64,000 bases of DNA from Hyaloraphidium curvatum SAG 235-1 (Eukaryota; Fungi; Monoblepharomycota): contig JAIVFI010000017.1 of assembly GCA_025558095.1 (NCBI GenBank), positions 62,001-126,000 of the forward strand, in the 5' to 3' direction. Within the stretch, counting starts at the first letter, position 1; the number at the start of each line of letters is the position of its first letter. The notes below the pieces were generated by a model. The model was not told where the DNA came from. It did not search any database and saw nothing but the letters and a program-made list of their open reading frames with translations. The translations under genes were made by a program, and so were the position numbers. Below are positions 9,885 through 20,670 of this stretch, piece by piece.

Positions 9885-12120
9885 ATGGCCTCACTCCCGG
9901 GCGCCCATCGCGCCCTCATCCGCCCTGGCGGACGCGCCCTTTTGTCGTCCATTGCCGGCCGGGCGGCCTTTGCGGCGGTGCGGCGCGTGGAGCGCGTCGC
10001 AGCCGGCCTCAATGTTCCCGTCGCTGCGGTGCGGAGCGCCCCACCGCGCCCTGGGAGGCCCAACAGCGGCCGCGGGGCGCGGTACTTCTCATCTCCTGTT
10101 CCTGCACCGGCCAACGGATTGGACAATCTCCGCAGGGTGCTCGAACGCGCCCGCGGGAAGCGGATACCTCTCGCCAAGGTCGCGGACGCGGTCTGGGACG
10201 CTTACACCGCCCTCGGATCGCCCGAGGGCCTGACCGAGGAGGATGTGCGGGATGTAGCCTATTTCATCACAGCACACGCGATAGCGGAGCAGGGGAAACT
10301 GCGGCAAGGTTTAAAGGACCGGACCGAGGCCCAGCGCCGGACCGCGAAGCTCGTCGACGAGGCGAACGTCAGGACGCGCCGCCTCCTTGTCGATGCTGCG
10401 CGAAAAGGTGGCATTGCGATCGATGAGAAGGCTGTTACTTGGTTCATCCAAGTGAATGACCGACTTCTGGTGTGAGTGCTCCTTCACGGCCTCCTTCGCC
10501 CCCGTTCCGCGTGGCCACTGACCTCGATCCATTGTCGGCAGCTCCTATGCGGCGTGCAAAGAACTGATGGACTTCCTGCGGCTGGAGTGCGGGGTAACCC
10601 TGGACGTACGGCACGTCAATACCCTGGTCCGCAACGTGGCGCACGGCGGCAACTACACGGCGTTCCTGAAGCTCCTGCACGAGGGCTTGACAGCAAACGC
10701 GATTTCGGTCGTGGACGTCTATACCGTCAACTTGTTCCTGAAGGCCGTTGCCGAGGCGTCGCCGGCCACGTCTGAAGACCTGGAAGGGTATCCGAGGCGA
10801 CAGACGAGCGTCGCGGATGTCGCTGTTCCTCTGTGGGCTTTAAACAAGGATGACCCAGCGATTCGGTCCGGGTCGGCACAACGGGACGCCTTGGACCCGC
10901 TGGAAGTGGACCCGGACCCGGAAGCTGCACTGCGCGCTGCCATCCTGAGCGGTCCAGACGTGGGGATCACGGACCTCTGCGCCCCGGGTATGCCCCAGGG
11001 CTCGGTGACGCCGGTGCGCAAGGTTCTCCAGCTCCTGTCTTTTGCCGCCGCCCGCCATAGGGAGGGGCAGCGAGGCATCGTGGATACTTACACTTGTGCC
11101 GCCGCGGCCGAGGCTGCCAAAACCTGGAACCATCCCCGGCTTGCCCGCGCCGTGGTCGAGGTCCTTTTGGGTGACCCTTTTGGAGTGTCTCCCAATGCGG
11201 TGCTCTTCAGCATCCTCCTCGCGGAAGCTTCCGACGGGCGGGACTCTGAAGCCGGCGACGAGCTGCTCGCGCGGATGCGGCGGCTGCGTCTCGAACCACA
11301 CCTCGACATGTTCAACACCATGATCCGCTTCTACGCGCGTACGGGAAGGCTGGCTCTGGCCCGCGACACCGTCAAGGAGATGGTGGCCGCTGGACACAAG
11401 CCGGACGACGTGACGGGGTTGGCCCTGCTGGAGGGTATCATCATTGCGGAGACCACGGTGGAAGACGTGAAGCGGACGATGGACGTGCTGGCGGGGGCAG
11501 GGATTGCGATTACGATCATCCACTGGAGCAAGGCATTGCACCACTTCCCCGCCCGGGGGGACCTTCAAAGCATGGAACGTATCTGGAACGACATGCCCGT
11601 CGCGCCGAACGAAATAGCCGTCGCCACGTGCGCAAACGCCTACGACAAGTTCGGCAGCGCGGACCAGCTCCTTGCCTTCCTTGGCGGCGCGCCGAGGCAG
11701 TTGCTTTCGACGTCGGCGACGTGGAGCGCTGCAATCCAAGCGTTTGTCCGGCAGTGGGCCGACTCAAAGGACGACAAGTTCGGCGACCTGGCTTTCGCCC
11801 TCTGCGGTGCCGTCCTGGACCGGGCTCCCGTCGATCCGGCCGCGTTGCCGCGCGGAACGGACGACTTCCCGTTCGCCGGACTGCAGCCCCCCAAGCCCAT
11901 GGCGGGGCTGCTCCTGGTCGTCTTCAGCAACATGTGCGGGAGGTTCCGCGGCGAACACCTGCGCATCCTGGAGGACAAGGGGCGCGCCTACCTCGTCTCG
12001 GAGGGGTACCCGGAAGCTCGGAACATGGATGCCAAGGAGATGCACGGGATGCTCGAGCGATCTGGAGGAAAGAAGCGCCGCGCCGGCCTGGAGGACGGCG
12101 GCGGCAGGCGGGGAGCGTGA
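9885..12120 (+). CDS. PPR protein paralog 2 (probably mitochondrial); intron 10472-10541
   Basis: Arg/Ala-rich N-terminus resembling a presequence. A GTGAGT...CTGAC...CAG intron joins ORF 9885-10475 in frame to the 517-aa ORF (LLV-SYAACKELMDF). Tandem PPR motifs. Confidence 0.85.
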
Positions 12121-13076
12121 CCGTCCTGGCGGTCCGGGGTTGCGCTGAAGCTGCGCCGTCGTGTGCACAGTCGGTCCGGGGGCTTTCGACTACCGAGGAC
12201 GGCGGGCCTGATTGCTGAGGGCGACTGCTGCCGACGACCGGATGGCGGCATAATTCGCCTGTTTGCCTTTCACCGCGGTAGAGAGGCCAATCATTCACTC
12301 AAGGGCGGATCAGCCTCTTCCGAATCACCAAAACGCGATCGCACCAGTCTCCTGACGCCGAGTTCGGAGTTGAAGGGTCTTGGCTTCCACTCGACGGGTC
12401 CACGGCGTCCCATGGAATGATCGGCATTAGGGAGCGTGAAGCGCTGTCCGACGCGGTCGAGGCGGGCCTCTGTCCCCTTGCGGTCGATCGGTTGTCCCCT
12501 GGCCCCCGTTTTGCGTCAGCACGCAATCCCGACCGACAATCGGACGGTCCCTATACGGTCCCTAAGCGGCACGGCCCTGCGCCGCACGGCATTCTGCCCG
12601 GCGCCCAGCCTCGCGGTTCCGAGGTGCCGGTCGGGAAAAGGCGATCGGGGCTTCCCGGGGCGTCCGTCTGGCTGGGAGTGGCGTCCGGGTTTGGGGGCCC
12701 GGTGGGGATGGACCCGGTTGGGAGGGACCTCTTGGGACGCGGGGACGTGCGGAGGGTGTGCATCTCGCAGGTTCTTAGCCCGCACCATGGAAGCAGGGTG
12801 GTGAGGGAGCTGTGAGACGCATGGGCAGGGCCGGACAAGGGAACGGGGGCGCGGTGAGGTGTGCGTCCCCGCCGATCCCCGAAATTGGAGAGGGAATGAG
12901 CAGCTTGCAGGGCGGCTGGCTGTGTCCCCTGTTTTCACTCCCGTTTCCCTTCCCTGAGCAACGAACGGCCAGTAGAAAGCCGGCTCAGAGCCCGGCGTAC
13001 CTGCACAGGGCCCTCCATTTCCGAAACACCACCCGGGCAGCTCAGGGAGCCCAACCCCTGAAGAAGCCCCGAAGCC

Positions 13077-14348
13077 ATGGACACCGGGCCGCTCGCCCCT
13101 CCCGAAGGCGGGCCGCGCCGCGCACACACGTTTCCGCGGGCGGTGGGCGCGCACGGAAGCCCGATGGACCTGTTCTCGTCGGGCGGCCGCACGCCGGTGG
13201 TCGGCGCCGCAGGGCAGCCGGCCGACAAAGGACCCCGGCCGCCCACCGCCGGCGTACCCTCCTCCCCGCTCGTCGTCCCGCCGTCCCCCGCGGCGTGGTA
13301 CCCGAGCCCGGCCGCAAGCGAGCCGTCGGGGACGCTGCCCGCTGGGCCTCTGCCCGCCCCGCCCGCGCTCCCGCCGTATGCCACGAACCCCCGCACAAAG
13401 CCAAGGGACGCTCCGCAGCCGGGCGACGACGCCGAAGCACTGGACCTGGCAGAGTCGCTGCTGTCCCTGCGGGCATCCAACCCGGCGCCCCAACAGCCTC
13501 AGCACGCGCAGGCTGCCCAACGGTCGCAGACTGCCCCGGAGCCGTCCCGAACTGCCTTTGCCAACTACGTACCCCCTTCGTGCGACGCATTTCCGCGCTC
13601 GGTCGACCTCCGGGCGCCGCAGCTGCAGCCCGCCCCGCCACCCCGCAAGCTGCCGGACTCGCCGCAGCTGCCCGCTACCCCCAAGGTGCTTGCCTCGCCT
13701 CCTCTACCGGCCCCGACCGCACAACCCACCGTCTGGCCTACGCCACCCGGCTCGGTGGCCCCCGTGGCACCCGTGCAGCATGCATACGCACCTCCAGCGC
13801 CGATCCCGGGCCTCCCGCCCCCCTCGTTCCTGCCCCAGACGCCCTACTCCCCTCCCATGCAACCCCTGGCTCACCCGCAGGCATACTCTCCCTACGCACC
13901 TGCAGCCTACTATCCCCCCGCCTACCCCACCATGGGTATCGCCGCATCCTACCCGCCTTCCGCCGTCCCCCTTCCCGTGGACCCCGCGGCCGCGCACCGC
14001 GCCGCCCTGGCCGCGCAGCAGGCCGCCGCCGCCGCGTCGCAGCACGCCGCGCTGGCGCACCTCCGCGCGCAGCAGCAGCAGCACGCCATGGCGGTGCAGC
14101 GGGCCGCGATCGCAGCGCAGCAGCAAGCATCGATCGCGCAGCAGCAGCAGCAGCAGCAGCAGGCGGCCATGGCCCAGCAGCAGCAGCAGGCGGCCATGGC
14201 GCAGCAGCTGCACCAGCGCCAGGCGACCTCGGCCCCGGGGCGAGCGTTCCCGTGCAGGGGCGGGTGCCCCGCGGCGTTCGGCGGTTGGGTGGAGAGGGAG
14301 GTGCACGAGCGGAGCTGCGTGGCGGCGCGGGCCAGGGCGGCGGGGTAG
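13077..14348 (+). CDS. Pro/Gln-rich protein with C-terminal C2HC-type zinc-finger-like motif (putative transcription regulator)
   Basis: 423-aa ORF; poly-Q/A tract; FPCRGGCPAAFGGWVEREVHERSC. Confidence 0.6.
   Translation: MDTGPLAPPEGGPRRAHTFPRAVGAHGSPMDLFSSGGRTPVVGAAGQPADKGPRPPTAGVPSSPLVVPPSPAAWYPSPAASEPSGTLPAGPLPAPPALPPYATNPRTKPRDAPQPGDDAEALDLAESLLSLRASNPAPQQPQHAQAAQRSQTAPEPSRTAFANYVPPSCDAFPRSVDLRAPQLQPAPPPRKLPDSPQLPATPKVLASPPLPAPTAQPTVWPTPPGSVAPVAPVQHAYAPPAPIPGLPPPSFLPQTPYSPPMQPLAHPQAYSPYAPAAYYPPAYPTMGIAASYPPSAVPLPVDPAAAHRAALAAQQAAAAASQHAALAHLRAQQQQHAMAVQRAAIAAQQQASIAQQQQQQQQAAMAQQQQQAAMAQQLHQRQATSAPGRAFPCRGGCPAAFGGWVEREVHERSCVAARARAAG
14136..14190 (+). repeat. CAG microsatellite encoding poly-Gln
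   Basis: Runs of gcagcagcag... separated by a repeated gcggccatggc unit. Confidence 0.85.
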
Positions 14349-14605
14349 CGCGCCGCTGGGGGCGGTGGGCTGGAGGATGCATCCCCGCTGCCGCCCGGCC
14401 GAGCACCTCCAATCGGAACCTCGCCTGCCCGTGGACGCGACGGCTGAGCGGATCAGGATGGTGCCCGTGGCAGCCGCGGATGTATAGTTCTGGCATATAT
14501 TTGCTCGAGCCGGAGCACTTCTGCGCCGCTCTGCAGATCAGCCTAGAATGAGACGCGATCCCATCGCACAGCTGTCGCCGTCCGCATCGCAGCCCACCCG
14601 CCCGG

Positions 14606-16837
14606 TCACGTTCCCTGCCTACTGCCGCCGTACTCCAGGCTGGAGTGGCGGCGCGTGCCTTTGGATCTCTCGAGCATCCCGAGCATCTCCTTGGCCCCCA
14701 TGTCTTCGGTTCCGGAGTAGCCTTCCCCGGCGAGGTAGGCCCGGCTCTTTTCTTCGAGGATCCGCAGGCGGTCGCCCCGGAATTTCGTCCGCATGCACTC
14801 GAAGATCACCAGGAGCAGCCCCGCCAACGGCCGTGGCGGCGACATCCCCGCCAGCGGCAGGTCCCGCTTCCCGGGAGGCAGGGCGGCGGCGTCGATCGGG
14901 ACCCGATCGAGGACGGCGCAGCACAGGGCGAAGGTCAGGTCGGCAAACCGCCCATCCTTATGGCCGGTCCGCCGCCGACCAAACGCTTGGATTGCAGCGC
15001 TCCACGTCCCCGACGTCGAAAGCAACTGCCTCGGCGCGCCGCCAAGGAAGGCAAGGAGCTGGTCCGCGCTGCCGAACTTGTCGTAGGCGTTTGCGCACGT
15101 GGCGACGGCTATTTCGTTCGGCGCGACGGGCATGTCGTTCCAGATACGTTCCATGCTTTGAAGGTCCCCCCGGGCGGCGAAGTGGTGCAATGCCTTGCTC
15201 CAGTGGATGATCGTAACCGCGATCTCCGCTTCCGACAGCAGTTCCATCGCCCGCTTCACGTCCCCCACCGTGGTCTCCGCAGTGAGGATGCCTTCCAGCA
15301 GGGCCGACCCCGTCCATCCGTCCGGTTTGTGTCCCGCGGCCAGCATCTCCTTGAGGGTGTCGCGGGCCAGAGCGAGCCTCCCTGTGCGCGCGTAGAAGTG
15401 GATCGCGGTGTTGAATAGCTTGAGGGTGGGTTCCACGCGCAGCCGCCGCATCCGCGCGAGCAGCTCGTCGCCGGCTTGAGAGTCCCGCCCGTCGGAAGCT
15501 TCCGCGAGGAGGATGCTGAAGAGCGCCGCATCGGGAGACACGCCGAAAGGGTCGCCCAAAAGGACCTCGACCACGGCGCGGGCAAGCCGGCGATGCTTCC
15601 AGGCTTTGGCAGCCTCGGCCGCGGCAGCACAAGCGTAACTGTCCACGATGTCTCGCTGCCCCTCCCTATGGCGGGCGGCGGCAAAAGACAGGAGCTGGAG
15701 AACCTTGCGCACCGGCGTCACCGAGCCCTGGGGCATGCCCAGGGCGCAGAGGTCCGTGATCCCCACGTCTGGACCGCTCAGGATGGCAACGCGCAATGCA
15801 GCTTCCGGGTCCGGGTCCACTTCCAGCGGGTCCAAGGCGTCCTGCTGTGCCGACCCGGACCGAATCGCTGAATCATCCTTGTTTAAAGCCCACAGAGGAA
15901 CAGCGAGATCCGCGACGCTCGTCTGTCGCCTCGGATACCCTTCCAGGTCTTCAGACTTGGCCGGCGACGCCTCGGCAACGGCCTTTAGGAACAAGTTGAC
16001 GGTATAGACGTCCACGACCGAAATGGCGTTTGCTGTCAAGCCCTCGTGGAGGAGCTTTAGGAACGCGGTGTAGTTGCCGCCGTGCGCCACGTTGCGGACC
16101 AGGGTATTGACGTGCCGTATATCCAGGGTTACCCCGCACTCCAGCCGCAGGAAGTCCATCAGTTCTTTGCACGCCGCATAGGAGCTGCCGACAATGGATC
16201 GAGGTCAGCGGCCACACGGAACGGGGGCCAACGGGCAAGGGGGCACTCACACCAGAAGTCGGTCATTCACCTGGATGAACCAAGTAACAGCCTTCTCATC
16301 GATCGCAATGCCACCTTTTCGCGCAGCATCGACAAGGAGGCGGCGCGTCCTGACGTTCGCTTCGTCGACGAGCCTCGCGGTCCGGCGTTGGGCCTCGGTC
16401 CGTCCTTTCGGACCTGCCCGCAGCTTCGCCTGCTCCGCTATCGCGTGTGCTGTGATGAAGTGGGCTACAGTCTTCACGTCCTGCCCGGTCAGACCCTTGG
16501 GCGATCCGAGGGCGGTGTAAGCGTCCCAGACCGCGTCCGCGACCTTGGCGCGAGGTATCCGCTTCCCGCGGGCGCGTTCGAGCACCCTGCGGAGATTGTC
16601 CAATCCGTTGGCCGGTGCAGGAACAGGAGATGAGAAGTACCGCGCCCCGCGGCCGCCATTGGGCCTCCCAGGGCGCGGTGGGGCGCTCCGCACCGCGGCG
16701 ACGGGAACACTGAGGCCGGCTGCGACGCGCTCCCCGCGCCGCGGCGCCGCAAAGGCCACGCGGCCGGCAATGGACGACAAAAGGGCGCGTCCGCGAGGGC
16801 GGAACAGGGCGCGATGGACACGCGGGAGCGAGGTCAT
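14606..16837 (-). CDS. PPR protein paralog 3 (probably mitochondrial); intron 16185-16250
   Basis: Same exon structure as paralogs 1 and 2 and high identity to them; ATG of MTSLPRVH at 16837. Confidence 0.85.
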
Positions 16838-16909
16838 CGCCGTTGTTTGTTTGTGAAGGAGGAGCGTGGGCGCGGGTTGCACCGCGGCCTTCTAGGACTC
16901 CGTCTCCAG

Positions 16910-18523
16910 ATGCCTCAGCCGGACCCGCCGGAGCCGGCGGCCTTGACGGAGCTCGAATGGCTCGCGCTGCTGCCCTCGCGGCCCCCCCGTGAGGTGCCCC
17001 TCCCGTGGAAATCGGCGCCGGTACCGCCCGACCCTGCAGCGGCGGCGCGCCGCGCGGACCCCCTGACCGCCGAACGCCTGCTCGCGCTGCTGTCGCTCGG
17101 GCCCTCGGCAGCGCTTTGCCGGCTCGAGGCGTTCCGGCTGGCGTTCGGCCGCGCCTACGGCCGCTGGACCTTCCCTCACTACGTTGCGAAAAGCGGGGTG
17201 CAGCTTTCCCTCCTCGCGATTCCATTTGCGGCGAGCGCAGCAGGACCGATCGTGTTTTCCGGCCGTGACCTCGGCATCGCGACCGCGGCACTTTTGGTTC
17301 AGTATTGCGCGTGGTGGGCGTCGGTGATTTATACCGGCATCCTGTCCAGGCGCCAGGTTGCCGCGGACCTCGGTGACGCCGGTGACGGTGGCATCGGCGA
17401 CGACGATGACAAGCGCGTCAAAGGCTCGCGGGTGGAGGAGGCCGCCGGCGATCCCCAGACTTTCGACGCCTCCGAGCTCGCGCAGACCGCCCGGTGGCTC
17501 CAGTTGGTGGCGGCGGGCGATGGAAACCTGCTGGTGCACGATTCACGCGATCCGCAATGCCCATGCAGCCGCCCGTCCTGTCTCGGACGCGAGCCTTCGC
17601 GGGTCGCCGTTCTCGGTCCCCTTCAGACGGCCTTTTTCACCCTCTTCACCGTTGTCGGCTACATCTTCTTTGCGTTCTACACGGTGTATGTGACGCTTGC
17701 GTCCTATACTTGGCACCACGTGTGGAGTGCGGTCCTTGCCGGTCTCTTTCTTCTGATTGGCGCGACTTTCAATGGCCTGACGCCCATCTCGTCACGGACT
17801 ACATCAAAGAACCTTGCTTTGATTGCAGTCGAGGCACGCCTGCAGCACCGGGCGTTTGCTGTTGCTCTGGCCAGCCTGGTGGACCAGCTGACCGACGCGG
17901 TCGACGGCGTGGTCGGGCGGGGCGATCTTCCGGACGGCAACCCTTCGCAGACTTTTGCCAATCCCGAGAAGGGCCTGCACGTCACTCTGTACCGTGCTCT
18001 TGCTCCCGTGTTCCGCCTCCGGTTCCACGCGTACCTGACTGCGCGCACCGCTTTCCTGATCGCCATCTCGATTGAGCTCACCGTGGCGCTAATTTATGTG
18101 GCCGGCAGCTCCTGCCTTCCCGCTTTCTCCCTCACCACCATCCTCGGTTTCCTCATCATGACGCTCCTGGACCTCATCCACGTCGCCCGCGCCAATGCCC
18201 ACGTCGACTCGATCATCGCCATGCACCTCGCCGCGCGCGCCCACATCCGCATGCTGCTCCTCCGCCTGGGCCCACGGGCGCCCGCGCTGCAAGGGGAGCT
18301 GCTGAACCAGGAGCGCGTGCTTTCGTCGGCGCTGGACGAGGCCGCGAGGCTGAGGGCGACGTTCGCGGGGGTGCCCGTGACGATCGGCGTCGTGAGGACC
18401 GTTGCGGCGACGGTGCTGACGATCGGGGTCGGTCTGTTTGGGATACTGAAGGGCATGGGGGTCTACGTGACGCTGGACAGCGTGTGCGGAGCTTCCATCG
18501 TGTCCAGTGGTGCGCGTGGATGA
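16910..18523 (+). CDS. Uncharacterised ~7-TM membrane protein with HDxxDPxCPCxxxSC motif (paralog A)
   Basis: Intronless ORF with about 7 hydrophobic segments; shares the Cys/His motif and C-terminal pattern with 20671-22233. Confidence 0.75.
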   Translation: MPQPDPPEPAALTELEWLALLPSRPPREVPLPWKSAPVPPDPAAAARRADPLTAERLLALLSLGPSAALCRLEAFRLAFGRAYGRWTFPHYVAKSGVQLSLLAIPFAASAAGPIVFSGRDLGIATAALLVQYCAWWASVIYTGILSRRQVAADLGDAGDGGIGDDDDKRVKGSRVEEAAGDPQTFDASELAQTARWLQLVAAGDGNLLVHDSRDPQCPCSRPSCLGREPSRVAVLGPLQTAFFTLFTVVGYIFFAFYTVYVTLASYTWHHVWSAVLAGLFLLIGATFNGLTPISSRTTSKNLALIAVEARLQHRAFAVALASLVDQLTDAVDGVVGRGDLPDGNPSQTFANPEKGLHVTLYRALAPVFRLRFHAYLTARTAFLIAISIELTVALIYVAGSSCLPAFSLTTILGFLIMTLLDLIHVARANAHVDSIIAMHLAARAHIRMLLLRLGPRAPALQGELLNQERVLSSALDEAARLRATFAGVPVTIGVVRTVAATVLTIGVGLFGILKGMGVYVTLDSVCGASIVSSGARG

Positions 18524-19051
18524 TGCGATCGATACACAAAACCAGAATGGCTGGGCCCCCGAGCGCTTCACGGAAAGTTTGCCACACGATCGGCTGCCAT
18601 CGGCGGCTCAGTATACCCGCTCCGATTCTGCGGGGGATTGTCTTCCACCGCGCCGCGCGGCGTTGGGAACTTGCCGCCGCACCCCGACACCTTTCTCTGC
18701 ATCAACGCATCCGAATGCAGCTCAGCATATTCACCGTCTTCTCATCCGCTGCTCCGAAAAGGACTTTTAGTGCTCGGTCTGCAATATCTTCGCAGCGGTT
18801 GACATGATCATAGGTGGGGCGCGGGTCAACTCGGTTTCAGCCGTCGGGCTGTCCGGCGAAAGGGTCTTGGCCCGCCACCGCGCCGTCCCGAGCCCCGCCA
18901 CCGCCCCACCGCCGGACATTTAAACCCGGCAGACGAAGTGTCGGTGTTCCGAACCCCGTGCATTCATAAAGCCTCGGATCCAGGCCCACTGCTGCGTCGC
19001 ATCCGTCGGAACTCGTGCAGTACCGCACTTTTCATCCCCGCAGCTTCGAAC

Positions 19052-20572
19052 ATGAGCACCGCAACAGCTCCCGCCGCAACATCGCCCGCCGGTGTTCCCG
19101 GCACGCCCGCAGCACCGGCCGCCCCGGCGCCGCACCCCGGCGACCGGTTCACGGACAGGAAAAAGGCAGGCATCCTGGCCATCGTCGCCGGAGCCTCCAT
19201 GATGGCCATCTTCGAGGGCGCCGTCTTCTCGCCCGCCATCCTCCGCGTGCAGGAGGACCTGGGCACCACCGAGGAGCTCTCGAACCTGTCCATCACAGCT
19301 TACACCATCTCGACCGCCATCGCGCCGCTCGTCTGGGCCACGCTCAGCGAGCGCTTCGGCCGCCGCCCCATCTACCTCTACTCCCTGACCGTCGCAGCAC
19401 TCGCATCCGTCGCCCTCATCTTTACCCAGGAGCTCGGCGTGGCATGGCTCATCGTCTGGCGGGTTTTCCAGGGCGCCGGCGCGTCCGCGGCCTTTTCGGT
19501 CGGCGCGGGCTCGATCGCGGACATCTACCGCGTCGAACAGCGCGGCCGCGCCATGGGCGTCTTTTCGCTCGGACCCCTGCTTGGCGCGCTCGCTGGTCCC
19601 CCGATCGGCGGCGTGCTTGCCCAGACCGTCGGGTGGAGATTCATCTTTGTCGTCATTGCCGGCATCACCGTCTTCCTCCTCTCGATCATCTTCTTCCTGC
19701 TCCCCGAGACCCTCCCGCCCCGTGCCGAAGGTGCCAAAGCGCCGCGGATCAACCCCGTCGCCATGTTCCCGCAGCTCCGCTACGGATTCGTGCTCGTGCC
19801 CGTCGCCGCGCAGTCGCTCACCTGGGGCGCGCTGTACGCGCAGAGCTCGATGATGGCCCGGCAGATGAACGCCGCATACGGCTGGAACTCTGCGCAGGTC
19901 GGCCTCTTTGGGCTGATCCCCGCCGCCGGCAACATCGCCGGGGGCCTGCTCGGCGGCACGATCGCCGACCGCTTCGTTAACCGGCCGCACCCCGGCAAGC
20001 CACCCAAGCTCCCCGAGACCCGCCTCTACGTGCTCTTCTTCGCCGTCACTATGAGCTTCGTCGGCCTTACCAGCTTCGGATGGATCGTCGAGACCCGTGC
20101 CCCCTGGGCCGCCGGCATCCCCTTCCAGCTCATCTGGGGCTTCGGCATGCTCTCCGCCATGGTTCCTTCGTCGACGTACCTCGTGGACCTGTACCGCACC
20201 CAGGCGGCATCCATGTCGGCCGTCTCGAGCCTCGTCAGGCTCACGGTCGCCGCGCTCGCCCCTGTGGCGGCGCCGGCGATGGAAAGGACGATGGGGACCG
20301 GGGGGATGTACACGTTCTGGGGAGGCTTGCTGGTGGTCGTCGTCGTTCCGGGGGCGTGGTGGCTTACAACGAGGGGGTGGAAGTACAGGTTGTCGGTCGG
20401 GAGGTGGGCCGCGGAGGTGCAGCCGGCGGCGAAAGGTGCGACGGACGAGGAGATGGGGCTAAAGGACGGGGAGGCGAAGGTTGGGGCGGATGGAGACGGG
20501 GACTCGGCGGCAACGACGGATACCACGGAGGAGATGTTGGCGGTGGAGATCGCTCGGCCGGACAAGTCTTAG
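19052..20572 (+). CDS. MFS drug:H+ antiporter (DHA1-like)
   Basis: Motif A WATLSERFGRRPIY; WRVFQGAGAS; GSIADIYRVEQRGRAMG; motif C GPLLGALAGPPIGG; TYLVDLY. Confidence 0.92.
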   Translation: MSTATAPAATSPAGVPGTPAAPAAPAPHPGDRFTDRKKAGILAIVAGASMMAIFEGAVFSPAILRVQEDLGTTEELSNLSITAYTISTAIAPLVWATLSERFGRRPIYLYSLTVAALASVALIFTQELGVAWLIVWRVFQGAGASAAFSVGAGSIADIYRVEQRGRAMGVFSLGPLLGALAGPPIGGVLAQTVGWRFIFVVIAGITVFLLSIIFFLLPETLPPRAEGAKAPRINPVAMFPQLRYGFVLVPVAAQSLTWGALYAQSSMMARQMNAAYGWNSAQVGLFGLIPAAGNIAGGLLGGTIADRFVNRPHPGKPPKLPETRLYVLFFAVTMSFVGLTSFGWIVETRAPWAAGIPFQLIWGFGMLSAMVPSSTYLVDLYRTQAASMSAVSSLVRLTVAALAPVAAPAMERTMGTGGMYTFWGGLLVVVVVPGAWWLTTRGWKYRLSVGRWAAEVQPAAKGATDEEMGLKDGEAKVGADGDGDSAATTDTTEEMLAVEIARPDKS

Positions 20573-20670
20573 CAAGCTTAGCTGGCTTGGCGAGCATTGC
20601 GCGGTTGTACAGTGCCAGGGTTGCAATGCGTGATGTCGTATCTTTGGGAAGGATCTCGGTGCATGAAAGT

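Noticed and set aside
10476-10566. Two-gene operon or frameshift between the short and long PPR ORFs
   Set aside because: A canonical GTGAGT...CTGAC...CAG intron joins them in frame in all three full copies.
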